Shown: one piece after another, positions 34,420 to 45,400 of the stretch | Numbering within the stretch: the stretch's first letter is position 1 | How the letters are laid out: each line of letters opens with the position of its first letter | IMG/VR virus record: IMGVR_UViG_3300046167_000815 | Span: 1-64,000 of that record | Length of the DNA: 64,000 bases | DNA from: a virus | Direction: 5' to 3' (one strand) | Position numbers and translations under genes: made by a program | Notes under the pieces: model-generated | Database searches by the model: none | What the model saw: only the letters and a program-made list of their open reading frames with translations | What the model was told of the DNA's origin: nothing

Positions 34420-34427
34420 TATCTTTG
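34420..34427 (+). promoter_or_regulatory. -7 box TATCTTTG, 4 nt before ATG 34432
   Basis: Match to TAnnTTTG in the 16-nt intergenic gap. Confidence 0.55.
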
Positions 34428-34431
34428 AAAC

Positions 34432-37400
34432 ATGGAAGAAGAAGAGTACTTAGATGATTCTAAAAAAGTAGAAGTTAAAGGTGTAGAAACTGCTCCTATT
34501 GCAGAAGAGGTTATAAAACCTGTTGAAGATATTGTAGTAGATATAGAAGAGCCTAAAAAAACTAAACCTAAAGCTACTAGTACTAAAGATACTACCGAAC
34601 CTATTGTTGATACTACTTCTAAAATAGAAGAAGAGGTACAAACAAAAGATATTTTTGACGGCCTAAGAAAAAAACCTTTTCCTGCAGCTATGGAGTTTTC
34701 TACTCCTAAAACACAACAAGAAGCTTTTTCTAGACAATTAGGATCAAGAGCTGCCGCACCTACTACTTCTACTATAAAAGGATTTACAGGAATAATAGAT
34801 TATGATGCTTTACAAGAAGTATATGCTCCAGTAGATTTAGCTGTTGGAATTCCTGACCCACAAGAACGTGAAAGTTTTATAGCCAGTAATGGCAGTAAAA
34901 TGGTAAAACTTTTTAATGAAAATGATTTTGGAGTAAAGTTTGAATCTGATCTAGCAGACTTAGCAAAATATAAAGAAAAACAATATCCATTAGCAGTTAA
35001 AAAGTTTATAGACGACCTAGATGCAAATCAAGGATGGATGGCAGAGTCAATGCTAACTCTTACTAAATTTATAGGTAAAATAGCAGTAGGTGTACCTGCT
35101 ACTATGTTAGCTTCAGTATATGGAGCAGGGTCTGCATTAGTTAATTGGGATTCCCGTAAGTTTTACGACAATGCTGTAATGGACGCTGCAGAACTTTTAG
35201 ACCAGTCTGTAGATAAATATACTGCTATATATGGAGGATCAGATGTTTTTGATTTTGAAATAAACCCAGATACAGGAATATACGAATTTAAACAAAAAGA
35301 TTTTTTAGCCAGAATGGCCTCTGATCCTTTAAAATCTATTAATGCCGACGTAGTTCCTGCTGCAGCTTTTATTGCAGATATGGTTATTTCTGAAAGTGCT
35401 TTTGGAGCATTAACTGCCGCTACAGGAGGTTTAGCTACAGGAGGACTTGCAGTAAATACCGCTAGGTTAGCAAATAAAGCAAAACAATTAAGTGGTTGGG
35501 CTACAAGAACAGGACAATATTCTAAAGCTAATCGCATACTAAGAGGGATAGACAAAGTAGACGATGTTAAAGCTGCTGCAGATATAGCAGAAAAAACACA
35601 AAGATATAGATCTGCTTTTGGAACAATAGGATCTATGTATCGTTCTTCTGCTTACGAATCTGCTTTAATAGCTAGAGACACAGATAAACATACATTAGAA
35701 CTATTAATTTCTCAGCATAAAGAACGTGAAGGTACAGAACCTACAAAATTAGATTTAATACGTTATAAAGAGTTAGCTAAAAGTGCAGGAGAACAAGCTT
35801 ACGGTCTTAATGCAATATTAGTAGGTGGTAGTAACTTAATACAATTTCCTAGACTACTAACAAAAAACTATAAAGTAGCGTCTTCTAGAAAAGGAGTATT
35901 TGATTCTTTAAAGCTAGGAGGAACTCAGTTTAAAAACGGAAAGCATATAGCAAATGTAGATGCTAAAAAATATTTAAAAACTTTAGGTTATACTAAAGCC
36001 GCTATTAAAGGAGGTATAACAGAAGGATTTGAAGAACTTTCTCAAGGTGCACTAGAAGAAGGATTAGTAGATTATTTTGCATCTAAGTACAGCGAAGACT
36101 CTAATAGAAATGCTTTAGAATTAATAAATGCAGTAACAAATAAAGCCTCCACATACTTAAATACTGTTGAAGGACGAGATAGTGTTACTATTGGAGCAAT
36201 GATGGGTATGCTAGGAATTAGAGTTCCTTTTGTTAAAAAAAGTGATTCTAAGTTGGGGTTCTCTCTTACTACAAAAGGTTTTGGTGGAGCTCGGCAAGAA
36301 ATCCAAGAAACTAGAAAAAAAATAAAGGAAGCTAGATCTAATGCAGAACTTTTAAATTCTGATTTAAATTTTAATCCTGTATTAAGCACTACTTTTGAAA
36401 ATTCTATGCGGCATATTCAGAGCCAAAAAAATATGGATGCTGCAGCTAATAATGGAGATACTTATAGATATAAAAATTCAGAATTTGATTCTTTATTTAG
36501 TTTAGTACACACAAGAACTAAAAACGGATTAGAAGATACTATAGCACAAGAATTAGACGGTGCTTTAGAAATGCCTATTGAAAAGTTTAACGAAACTTAT
36601 GCTACTAAAGGAGTAGAAAATTATACAGAAGAAACTAGGGCCCAAGCTGTAGAGTCTGCTAAAAATACTGCCGCTAAAATGGTAGAGTCTATAAAAAGTG
36701 TAGAAGCTTTATTAGCGAATAAAAAACCAGATCTTTTAACAAGAGCTGCAGAAGAAGCCTGGTTAGCAATAACTGGCAAAGAAGCAAAAACTACTTTAGA
36801 TCTTTCACAAGTAGAACAAGGTATTAAAGACCAAATGGTTTATTTACATGCTGCAGTAGAAAATACTTCAAAACGTGAAGCAGAGCTTTTAGAACAAATA
36901 AGAGAAAAAACTGGTCACAGTTTTCCTTTGTCTACATTAGATAGATTATTAACACAAGTTTCTGGAATAAGAATAGAGGACGGCAAACTTACATTTAGTA
37001 ATAGAGCACAACAAGTAAAAGAAGAAGTACTTAAAGAATATGAAAATCTTTTAGATTCTTATAAAAAGGAAGACCCTGTTAATTATAACATGAATGTAGC
37101 AGAAGTGTCTGATTTACTAGATGATGTTTTAAAATTAAAAATTAGAAGAGGGGAAGCTTCTAGAATGTACCGTGAGCTTTTTACAGAAAAAGGATCTAAA
37201 GCATTTGCTGATTTTGCAGTAGCTTTATCTATTGCTGCAGATAAAAACAGAAATAAGATAGCAAAAGAAGATATTATTGAAAAGGAAGTGCAAGAAAGTA
37301 GAAATGCAACTCTTTCTAGACAACAAAAAAATGAACTTTCTGTTTTTGGAAATACTGATATTGTAGATGCTAAAATAAATTCTGATACAGTAAACGGTAT

Positions 37401-39462
37401 AAAAGAAATACAAGCAAGAGAAGAAGACCCTACTAATTCTGACGAAGATTTAGTAGACGGTATGCTAAAAACTTTAGATACTTATCCTGGTTTACTTACA
37501 TTAATAAAAGAAAGATTAGAAGATAAAGGAGTCCCTACTGAGGGCATTACTGTTGCTCAAGAAATTCAACTAAGAGATTCTGACGGAACTATGTTAAGTA
37601 ATTTCTTTAAGGAAATAGCTATTTTAAAGAAAGAAGTAAAAGCCATGGAAGAAGCCATGGGAGATACTTTTAAAGCAGACTCGGCAGATCAATTAGGACA
37701 AGTACAATCTAAAGAAGGAGTTCCTGTTTTAGATAAAGATGTAATAGAAGATGATGTTTCAGAAGCTCTTTCTAAGGGAAAACAAGTTACTGATAAGATA
37801 ACTATTATAAACACTTTTGATAAAAAAATAGAAGCAGGAAAAACTGTAAAAGGAGAGGACGGAAAAGCTGTTAAACATTCTGTAAATAAACAGTACTATC
37901 CTTTAGATGCTAATAAAGTTAATGATCCTGATTTTTTAAATAATCTAGAACTTACTTCAGAAAAACGTAATTTTACTTTTAGAGTACAAAAAGACAACCC
38001 TTATAACGATACTGCCAGTGTAGAAAACATGGCTATTGAAGTTGTTTATATAGATCCAGTAACACAAGAAGAAACATTTATTTCTAGATTACCTGCTTAT
38101 AAAAAAGGAATGCCTAAACAATTGTTAGAGCTTAGAAAAGAGGTAGTAAAAAGATCAGAAGTTACAGAAGATGTTAGTGAAGACAACGTCAAAAGAATTC
38201 AAGAAATAAAAGCTAGAAAAAAAGAAATTAAAGAAGAGCTTAAAAAAGAACCTAAAACTCCTGCTTTAGAACCTATTATTTCTACAAATGAACTTGCTCT
38301 AGAACAAGAAAAAACTGCTCTTGAAGAAGAACAAAAACTTGATAGTCCTAATGAAAAAATTATAGCAGGGCATAAAACTCGTATTAAAGAATTAGAAAAA
38401 ATAATTAAAGAGTCTAAACCAACACCACAAACTAGTAAGGTTGAAGCTAATAAAAATATTTTAAATTCAAAGTACTTACAAGAATTTGGAATTAAATGGG
38501 AAGATAAACCTTTTCCTGGTGATATTATAGAGTACAATGGTTCTTATTATAAAGTTGATTATTCAGAAAATCAGGAGCTAACAGGGAATGAAATATTAAG
38601 TCTTGCAGAAGATGGTTTAATTGAATATACAGGAGTAGCTGAAGTTTACAAAAATGAAACCTTTGACTTATTACCTTGGAATATTAAAAAAAATAAAGAT
38701 GACGTTAATGAAAATCATCCAACGGGTCCTTTGTTTTCTGTTCCTTTAGAAATACTTGTTGATAGAGCTAAGTTTACAAAAATAAAAAAAGGAGAAGAAA
38801 GCACTTCTATAGATACTTTTTATGAAGAAGCTACTATAGTAGAACCAACACAACCAACTAGTGAAGTTGAATTACCTATAGGTACAGAAGTAAGAGTTGA
38901 AAATGAAGAAGGTACATGGTTTATTTCAAAATATGTAGATGTAACCTATTTAGGAACAGAAAAAATTGATAAAGCAGCGATAGTAACTAAAAACTTAGGA
39001 GATAATACTGAGATGTTAGAGGTCGTGTTAAAAGATTATAAAGTAACTCCTGCTACTCAACCAATTGCTGAAGTAACAGAAGAGACAAATCAGATAAGAT
39101 TAGAGTTTGAAGAATTTACTGATAATGCTACAGTTAAAGTTGTAAATAACAAAAAAGAATTAGCAGAAGAGCTAAACTCCCTTACAAAAGAACTTAAAGA
39201 ATTAATGGGAGATATATCTCCTCAAATAAATTTAAAAGAAGAAAGTGTTTTTGAATACATTTCTGATCTAACACTTATAGAAGACACTAAATTAAAAAAT
39301 AGCAAAGAAACAGAATTAAAAAAGAATTTTGGAGAGGATAATGTTGAAAGAGCAAATGCAATTAATGCAAACTTTGATACTATTATAGAAGAAATTAATA
39401 AAAGCGGAATTAATATCTTCTTTGATCCTAAAACAAATAAGCATCAAAATGGTTGTGATTAA
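34432..39462 (+). CDS. Giant ejection protein with putative membrane-inserting segments (1676 aa)
   Basis: Gly/Ala-rich hydrophobic stretches, TEGFEELSQ motif, long coiled coils; immediately precedes the virion RNAP. Confidence 0.7.
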   Translation: MEEEEYLDDSKKVEVKGVETAPIAEEVIKPVEDIVVDIEEPKKTKPKATSTKDTTEPIVDTTSKIEEEVQTKDIFDGLRKKPFPAAMEFSTPKTQQEAFSRQLGSRAAAPTTSTIKGFTGIIDYDALQEVYAPVDLAVGIPDPQERESFIASNGSKMVKLFNENDFGVKFESDLADLAKYKEKQYPLAVKKFIDDLDANQGWMAESMLTLTKFIGKIAVGVPATMLASVYGAGSALVNWDSRKFYDNAVMDAAELLDQSVDKYTAIYGGSDVFDFEINPDTGIYEFKQKDFLARMASDPLKSINADVVPAAAFIADMVISESAFGALTAATGGLATGGLAVNTARLANKAKQLSGWATRTGQYSKANRILRGIDKVDDVKAAADIAEKTQRYRSAFGTIGSMYRSSAYESALIARDTDKHTLELLISQHKEREGTEPTKLDLIRYKELAKSAGEQAYGLNAILVGGSNLIQFPRLLTKNYKVASSRKGVFDSLKLGGTQFKNGKHIANVDAKKYLKTLGYTKAAIKGGITEGFEELSQGALEEGLVDYFASKYSEDSNRNALELINAVTNKASTYLNTVEGRDSVTIGAMMGMLGIRVPFVKKSDSKLGFSLTTKGFGGARQEIQETRKKIKEARSNAELLNSDLNFNPVLSTTFENSMRHIQSQKNMDAAANNGDTYRYKNSEFDSLFSLVHTRTKNGLEDTIAQELDGALEMPIEKFNETYATKGVENYTEETRAQAVESAKNTAAKMVESIKSVEALLANKKPDLLTRAAEEAWLAITGKEAKTTLDLSQVEQGIKDQMVYLHAAVENTSKREAELLEQIREKTGHSFPLSTLDRLLTQVSGIRIEDGKLTFSNRAQQVKEEVLKEYENLLDSYKKEDPVNYNMNVAEVSDLLDDVLKLKIRRGEASRMYRELFTEKGSKAFADFAVALSIAADKNRNKIAKEDIIEKEVQESRNATLSRQQKNELSVFGNTDIVDAKINSDTVNGIKEIQAREEDPTNSDEDLVDGMLKTLDTYPGLLTLIKERLEDKGVPTEGITVAQEIQLRDSDGTMLSNFFKEIAILKKEVKAMEEAMGDTFKADSADQLGQVQSKEGVPVLDKDVIEDDVSEALSKGKQVTDKITIINTFDKKIEAGKTVKGEDGKAVKHSVNKQYYPLDANKVNDPDFLNNLELTSEKRNFTFRVQKDNPYNDTASVENMAIEVVYIDPVTQEETFISRLPAYKKGMPKQLLELRKEVVKRSEVTEDVSEDNVKRIQEIKARKKEIKEELKKEPKTPALEPIISTNELALEQEKTALEEEQKLDSPNEKIIAGHKTRIKELEKIIKESKPTPQTSKVEANKNILNSKYLQEFGIKWEDKPFPGDIIEYNGSYYKVDYSENQELTGNEILSLAEDGLIEYTGVAEVYKNETFDLLPWNIKKNKDDVNENHPTGPLFSVPLEILVDRAKFTKIKKGEESTSIDTFYEEATIVEPTQPTSEVELPIGTEVRVENEEGTWFISKYVDVTYLGTEKIDKAAIVTKNLGDNTEMLEVVLKDYKVTPATQPIAEVTEETNQIRLEFEEFTDNATVKVVNNKKELAEELNSLTKELKELMGDISPQINLKEESVFEYISDLTLIEDTKLKNSKETELKKNFGEDNVERANAINANFDTIIEEINKSGINIFFDPKTNKHQNGCD

Positions 39463-39466
39463 TTCG

Positions 39467-39474
39467 TATATTTG
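39467..39474 (+). promoter_or_regulatory. -7 box TATATTTG before the virion RNAP gene
   Basis: Match to TAnnTTTG in the intergenic gap, about 20 nt before ATG 39494. Confidence 0.55.
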
Positions 39475-39493
39475 CTAGGATAAATCGTTTATT

Positions 39494-42400
39494 ATGGCTT
39501 GTAGATATTTTGTTGGTGGTTACTCACTAACCGAAGCACAATTTAAAAAAGTGCTTAATGATGGTCTTCTAGATCAATTACTAGTTAAACAAGGTATTGA
39601 AATACCAGGGTTTAATATTAAAGAGGAGTTTATAGAAAGTACTCTTGAAAGTGCTAAACAAGGTCCTGTAGAATTAAGAGTAGTATCTAAAATAAACAGT
39701 AAGAAGCGAATAAACAATCAATTAGAAAAAGTAAGCTACACAGAAGGAGACGTTATAGGCGGGACTAATAGAAGAAGTGCTGCACGTAAATTAACTACTG
39801 TTATAAAAGAAGCTAACGATCAAATTAAAAAAGAAAATAAAAGGTTAAATAAAAAAAGAAAACCAATAGACCTCATACTGGTAACTTCTGTTGGAGGTAA
39901 ACTACAATACGGAGAAAATATTTCTAAAAAAGTAGTACAAGAAATAGAAGACAGTCCTTATGTAAATCTAGAAGATGGTTTTATATATATGCTGGTTCCT
40001 AGTTCTTACGGTTTATATCCAATAAGATTAGAGTCCCGTTTCTTAGGAGAAACAAATGTAGGTAGCCAAGTAAAAGAAAACGTAAAAAAATTATTTACTG
40101 AAACAGACAACAAAGTTTTTGACAATATTGCAAAAAATATAAGTAGGTTTTTATATAAAACAACAATAAAAAAGACTCCTGAAGGAGTTAATATAACTAC
40201 TACTAAAGCAGATAAAGAACAAGTATCAAAGACTTTTGAAACTGCCGAAGAACTAATTACTTTTATTTTAGGAGACCGAGCAGGTAAAAAACTAAACAAA
40301 GATAAAGACGGCAACCTTAGTACTAATAAAGGTTTATTGGCTCATGTAAACAGTTTAAAAATAAACAATAATGTTAAAGACCCTAATTCTTTATCTAATG
40401 ATTTTTATGCTAACAATGAATTTATAACTACAGATGTCTATACTGAAGGAGGTAACTTTTTTAATAGCAGTAGTTTTGTTGTAGAAGCATTTAATCCTAC
40501 AACCCAAACAACAAAAGTATTAGGAGAGATATTAAGCAGCTCTATACCTGTTAAAGAAGAAAGTGAGGCTAGCTCTAAAATAGTTAAACCTATTGTAAAA
40601 GAAGAAACTAAAGAAGACGAACTTCCAATTAATAATAAAACAATAGAAGAAGTACAAGAACTTCAATCTATTTATATACCTATAGAAAACTCTAATTTAC
40701 AATATAGAGTTTACGTAAGAGCTAAAGAAAATACTTTAGAAATGTATGAAGTAGAAAAAGGAAGTTTAGTAGCTGTTCCTAATTCTAATGCAAAAAAATG
40801 GAAAGTATCTTCTAAGGCAAATTCTAAAGAAACTAGTATTGCTCGTAAAGAAGCAAAGCCTAAGTTTGACGAACTTAAAAAACAGTTTGGTACAAAAGAT
40901 ACTACTACTCCAGAAGGAGGTATATACCAAGATCCTAAAACTGGAGAAGATGTAGGAACAGGTTTGTTTGATAATCCTATTGTTGAAGAAACAGAATCTA
41001 CTCCTGAGACAGAAACAAACATATCAGGAATATTTGATTACGGAGAAGAAGGAGATGTAGGGGAAGATTTAGATATAAAACCACGTACTCGTACTGTAGA
41101 TAATAAAGAAAACGCTGTACAATGGGATAAAGAAAAAGAACTTAAATGGTTAATAGATAAACTAGGCAGAAAAGTTCTAGATGGAAAAGTATCTTTATTT
41201 AATTCTGTAGAAGACTTAGAATCTTATTTGCCTAAAGAAACTTACGAAATGCTATTAGAAGCACGTAAAAACGGAAAGTTTCTTAACGGTTTGTTTACTA
41301 AAGCAGGAATGTACATATCAAACAATGCTTTTGATGGAACAGGTTTTCACGAAGCATTTCACGTAGTATTTAATCTAGGGCTTAACTTAGAACAAAGAAT
41401 TAGTTTATTAAATGAAGCAGTAGAAAAATACTCTGACGAAATCTCACCAGAAGCTACTTTAATAAAAATAGAAGAAGTACTTGCAGATAAGTTTATGGAG
41501 TACGTACAAGCAGAAGGAGAAGTAAAAGGTCTTGTAGGAAAAATAGGCAAATGGTTTAAAGCTATGTTTAGAGGTTTTAAATTATTTTTTAATAAAAACT
41601 CTGTAGTTTCTATATCAGATTTGTTTAGTGATATTCAATTAGGTGTTTATAAAAACAAAATTACTTTTGAAAATACGGACTTAACTAAAATACATCCTGA
41701 AAATATTAAGCTGCGTGAAACAGAAAATACTAATAAAAGTAATAACGATCCTATACCAGAGTTAGATCCTAGATTAAAAAAAGATGCTTTTCAATATATG
41801 GAAAACAGACTTTTTCAAGAACTAGATAAAATAAGAGAAGAAAACGCTGATTTTAAAAATTTATCAGATTCTGAATTAATTAATGAAATATCTAAACAAG
41901 GAGGTATAAAACGTATTTACGGGGTGCTTCTTTATAGAATGTCCCTGGACGCTAAGGCTAGTGCAAACGCAGGTAAAGATATTTCTAATTTATTAGAAAT
42001 ATGGAATGCGTTTACAAATAACAATAAAGCAATAGAAAAAACAATAATTGCTGGAAAAAGAATGCCTATTTTTAAACTAGGCCTTACTCCTTTAGCTAAA
42101 GAGTTTAATCGTTCTTTACGTAATAGAGGTATTAATATTAATTTAGATTCAATAGAAGACTTAAAATATACTTTTACAGAAGAAGAAGAAAATTCTTTTG
42201 CTAAAGATGTAGAGAATAGCACTGCAGAAGAGCGTTGGCAACAAGCTTATATAGAAATAAATCCACAAGAAACTTTATCTCAACTTACTAGAAGAAGACT
42301 AAGTACTATTCCAAAAATGATTATAGTAGACGGAGAAGAAGTGAGAGCTACTAATAGATTAGGAATTCCTATTAACTATTCTGAAAAAGAAGTATTTGCT

Positions 42401-45400
42401 TATTTAGCCCATAATATTACTGATTCTTATAGTCCTTCTAAAATGGTAAATAGACTAAAAGAATTGTCTGACAAAAAACCTTTTATAGAAGAGATTTTAA
42501 ATATGATACAAAAGTATCCTAATTTTAAAAATTCTTTGTACACTACTTTGGCTTCTAAAACTTTTCAAAAGTTTTTAATGGTTTTAGAAGTAGATGGAAA
42601 TTACAGAACTTTTTATTCTAACAGAAAATCTATAGATAATCTTATTACAGAAACTATGATTAACGGTTTTGTAGTAGATGAGAATCCTCTTTTTGATAAA
42701 CACGATAGTGAAAGTGAACTAAAAGGACAAATAGATTTTGAAACTCCTATTAAGAAAAAAGTATCAGAACAAATTGCTAGATTAAATAGTCTAACAGAGC
42801 GTAGTAAGGTTACTACTACTAAAGAAGAAATAACTGATTTTATTAGTGACTTTGCAAAATTTTTAAAAGACAATCATTTAAGTGTAAGTGAAGATCAGTT
42901 ATTAGAAATATGGAATCCTGATACAGAAAATACTAAATCTAAATGGAATAATATTGTAAAATTACTTAGTAGTACTGGTAAAATATTTAAAGAACTTGAG
43001 CAAGGTAGAAATCCTTTTTTACAAATGCGAGTGTCGGACGACAGTGTATTTAAAAATGTATTAAAAGAATTTGTATTTAGAGCAAAATCAGGAATGGAAA
43101 AAGACCTAAGTATTGCTTTTGTAAATGGAAATAAAAAAGCAGTATACGCAGTTCAATATTCTAATTACTTAAATAAACTAATTTCTAAATTTAAAAATCC
43201 TAAAGATTTTAAAGAATACAAAGCAGAAATAGCAAACGATCCTTTGCTTAGTAGTATGCCAATGATTACAGATCTTTTAACCGAAGAAGGAGAGGCTTCT
43301 CAGTTAATGGATAATTTAGAAACAGTTATTTTTGATTCTTTAGCAAGAAGCGGAAAAAATACAAATGTAGACTATTCTGATTTGTCAGATATTGAAATAG
43401 AATCTATGGCAATGGCGGCCTTTTTTAAACAAGGTAACAAAAGCAACTATGGTTATTACAAACTTCCTATTCCTGCAGATAACTCTGTATTGCCTCTAAT
43501 TCAATATAAAAAATATGACTTTAAAGAAGTCGTAGATAGATTTGTTCAAGTAGCCAATGCAGAAAGAAAAAGAATAAATTTCTTTAAAAATTTACCAGAA
43601 GACTCTTCTCTTCTTTTAATAGAAAACTTTAAGAAGAACGCAGGTAAATATCATATATTAAACTTTTTAAATGGCAAAGTATCTGAAAATACTAGTGTTG
43701 ATGATATTAGAATTATAATAGAAGACCATTTACTAACAGAGTTTTTAGAGTTACAAAAAGAAAAATATAAAGATGCGGGCATAATAAAAGAATACGAAAA
43801 GGGCCCTAATGGTAAAATTACTTTTACTGATGGAGTAATTAGTAAAAGCCAAGAAAAAAATTCTTCAGAGTTCTTTAAAAGTTATTTGTTTAATTCATAT
43901 TTAATGAATACTCAAATGACTACTATTTTTGCAGGGGACCCTGCTTTTTATACAGGCACAGGAGATTATCAAAAAAGATACAAACAAATAGTATCTCCTG
44001 GAACTTTTACTAATTCTGAAATTATATATGATAAGTATTCTGGTTTAGTATTCAATGATGAAGTAGCTCCTACAGAATCTTACGTTGTAGATAATATTAT
44101 AGATTTAGTAAGAGCTTCTGATCTGCCTGCAGAAAACAAAAAAGAATTAATAGCTAGATGGGAATCAACTAGAAGTACTACTTCTGATAAAGGCCATAAT
44201 AATCTTACTGATGCGGCTACTTTTATATCTTTAGATAGAGCTAAAAATATTTTAGTATCTCTTGATAGATATACTCCAGCACATAAAAAAGCATTTGAAA
44301 GAATAAAAAAAGGAATTGAAAAACCAGAAGACTCTGCTTTGTTTAGTGTCTCAAAACCTTTTATGTTTAGTAAGATGAATATAGAAGGAGTAGAAGTTCC
44401 TATTCAAATTAAAAACTCAGAAGTACTTTTAACTAAAGCACTTGCATATAAAAAAGATGCAGACGGAAACTTTATGCGTCCTAAACTAGTAGCTGCTTAC
44501 GATTTATTAAACAATCCTAAACCAGATGGTCCGCAAATAGATTTTATTGCTTTTGAATCTGCTGTAAAAGTAGGAGCTATAGGAAGTAAACTAGACGAAG
44601 AAGGAAACGTTACATATAATGAATTAGTAGAAGATGATGAAGGCAAACTAATATTAAACGGACCTCCTGCTATTGTTACTTTAGACCATGCAGACTGGAG
44701 ACTTCAACAAGAAGTACCGCCTAAATACGAAGATGCTTCTGGTAACTTTGGTAGCCAATTACGTAATCTAATTATAAGTGATATGTCAATGGACGGCATA
44801 TACAAAATAAATAAAAAAGATTATACAGGAAGAGAAGTAGCAAGAATGTATCAAGATCTTATAGTAGAAAATCTACAAGAGTCTTACGAAGATGTAGAAG
44901 AAATGTTCCTGGACGAAGACGGGGAAATAGACTATAAAAAAATTACTACTCATTTAAGAGCAGAAATTACAAGAAGAAACTTAGGAGAAGAATATTTTAA
45001 AGCAATAGAGCTTGTAGATAATGTTCGTAAAAATAAAAAAACACCTACTTTACCTCTTTGGCATCCTTTAGTTTCTTATAAAGTAGAAAGCCTTCTAAAC
45101 TCTTTCTTTAAAAATAATGTTACCAAACAAAAAATTAAAGGAGGAGCAATGGTCAATGCTACTTCTTACGGAGTATCTGAAGAACTAGAGTTCTACATAG
45201 ATAAAAACGGTAATTATTTAATGGAAGCTTTGCTGCCTTGGTGGACTAAAAGATTCTTTCCTAAAAATAAAGATGGCGAGATAGATTTAAAAACACTGCC
45301 AAAAGAATTAACAGCGCTTTTAGGTTACCGTATTCCTACTGAAGATAAATACTCTATGTTTAATATTAAAGTAGTAGGGTTTACGGATTCAGCAGCAGGA

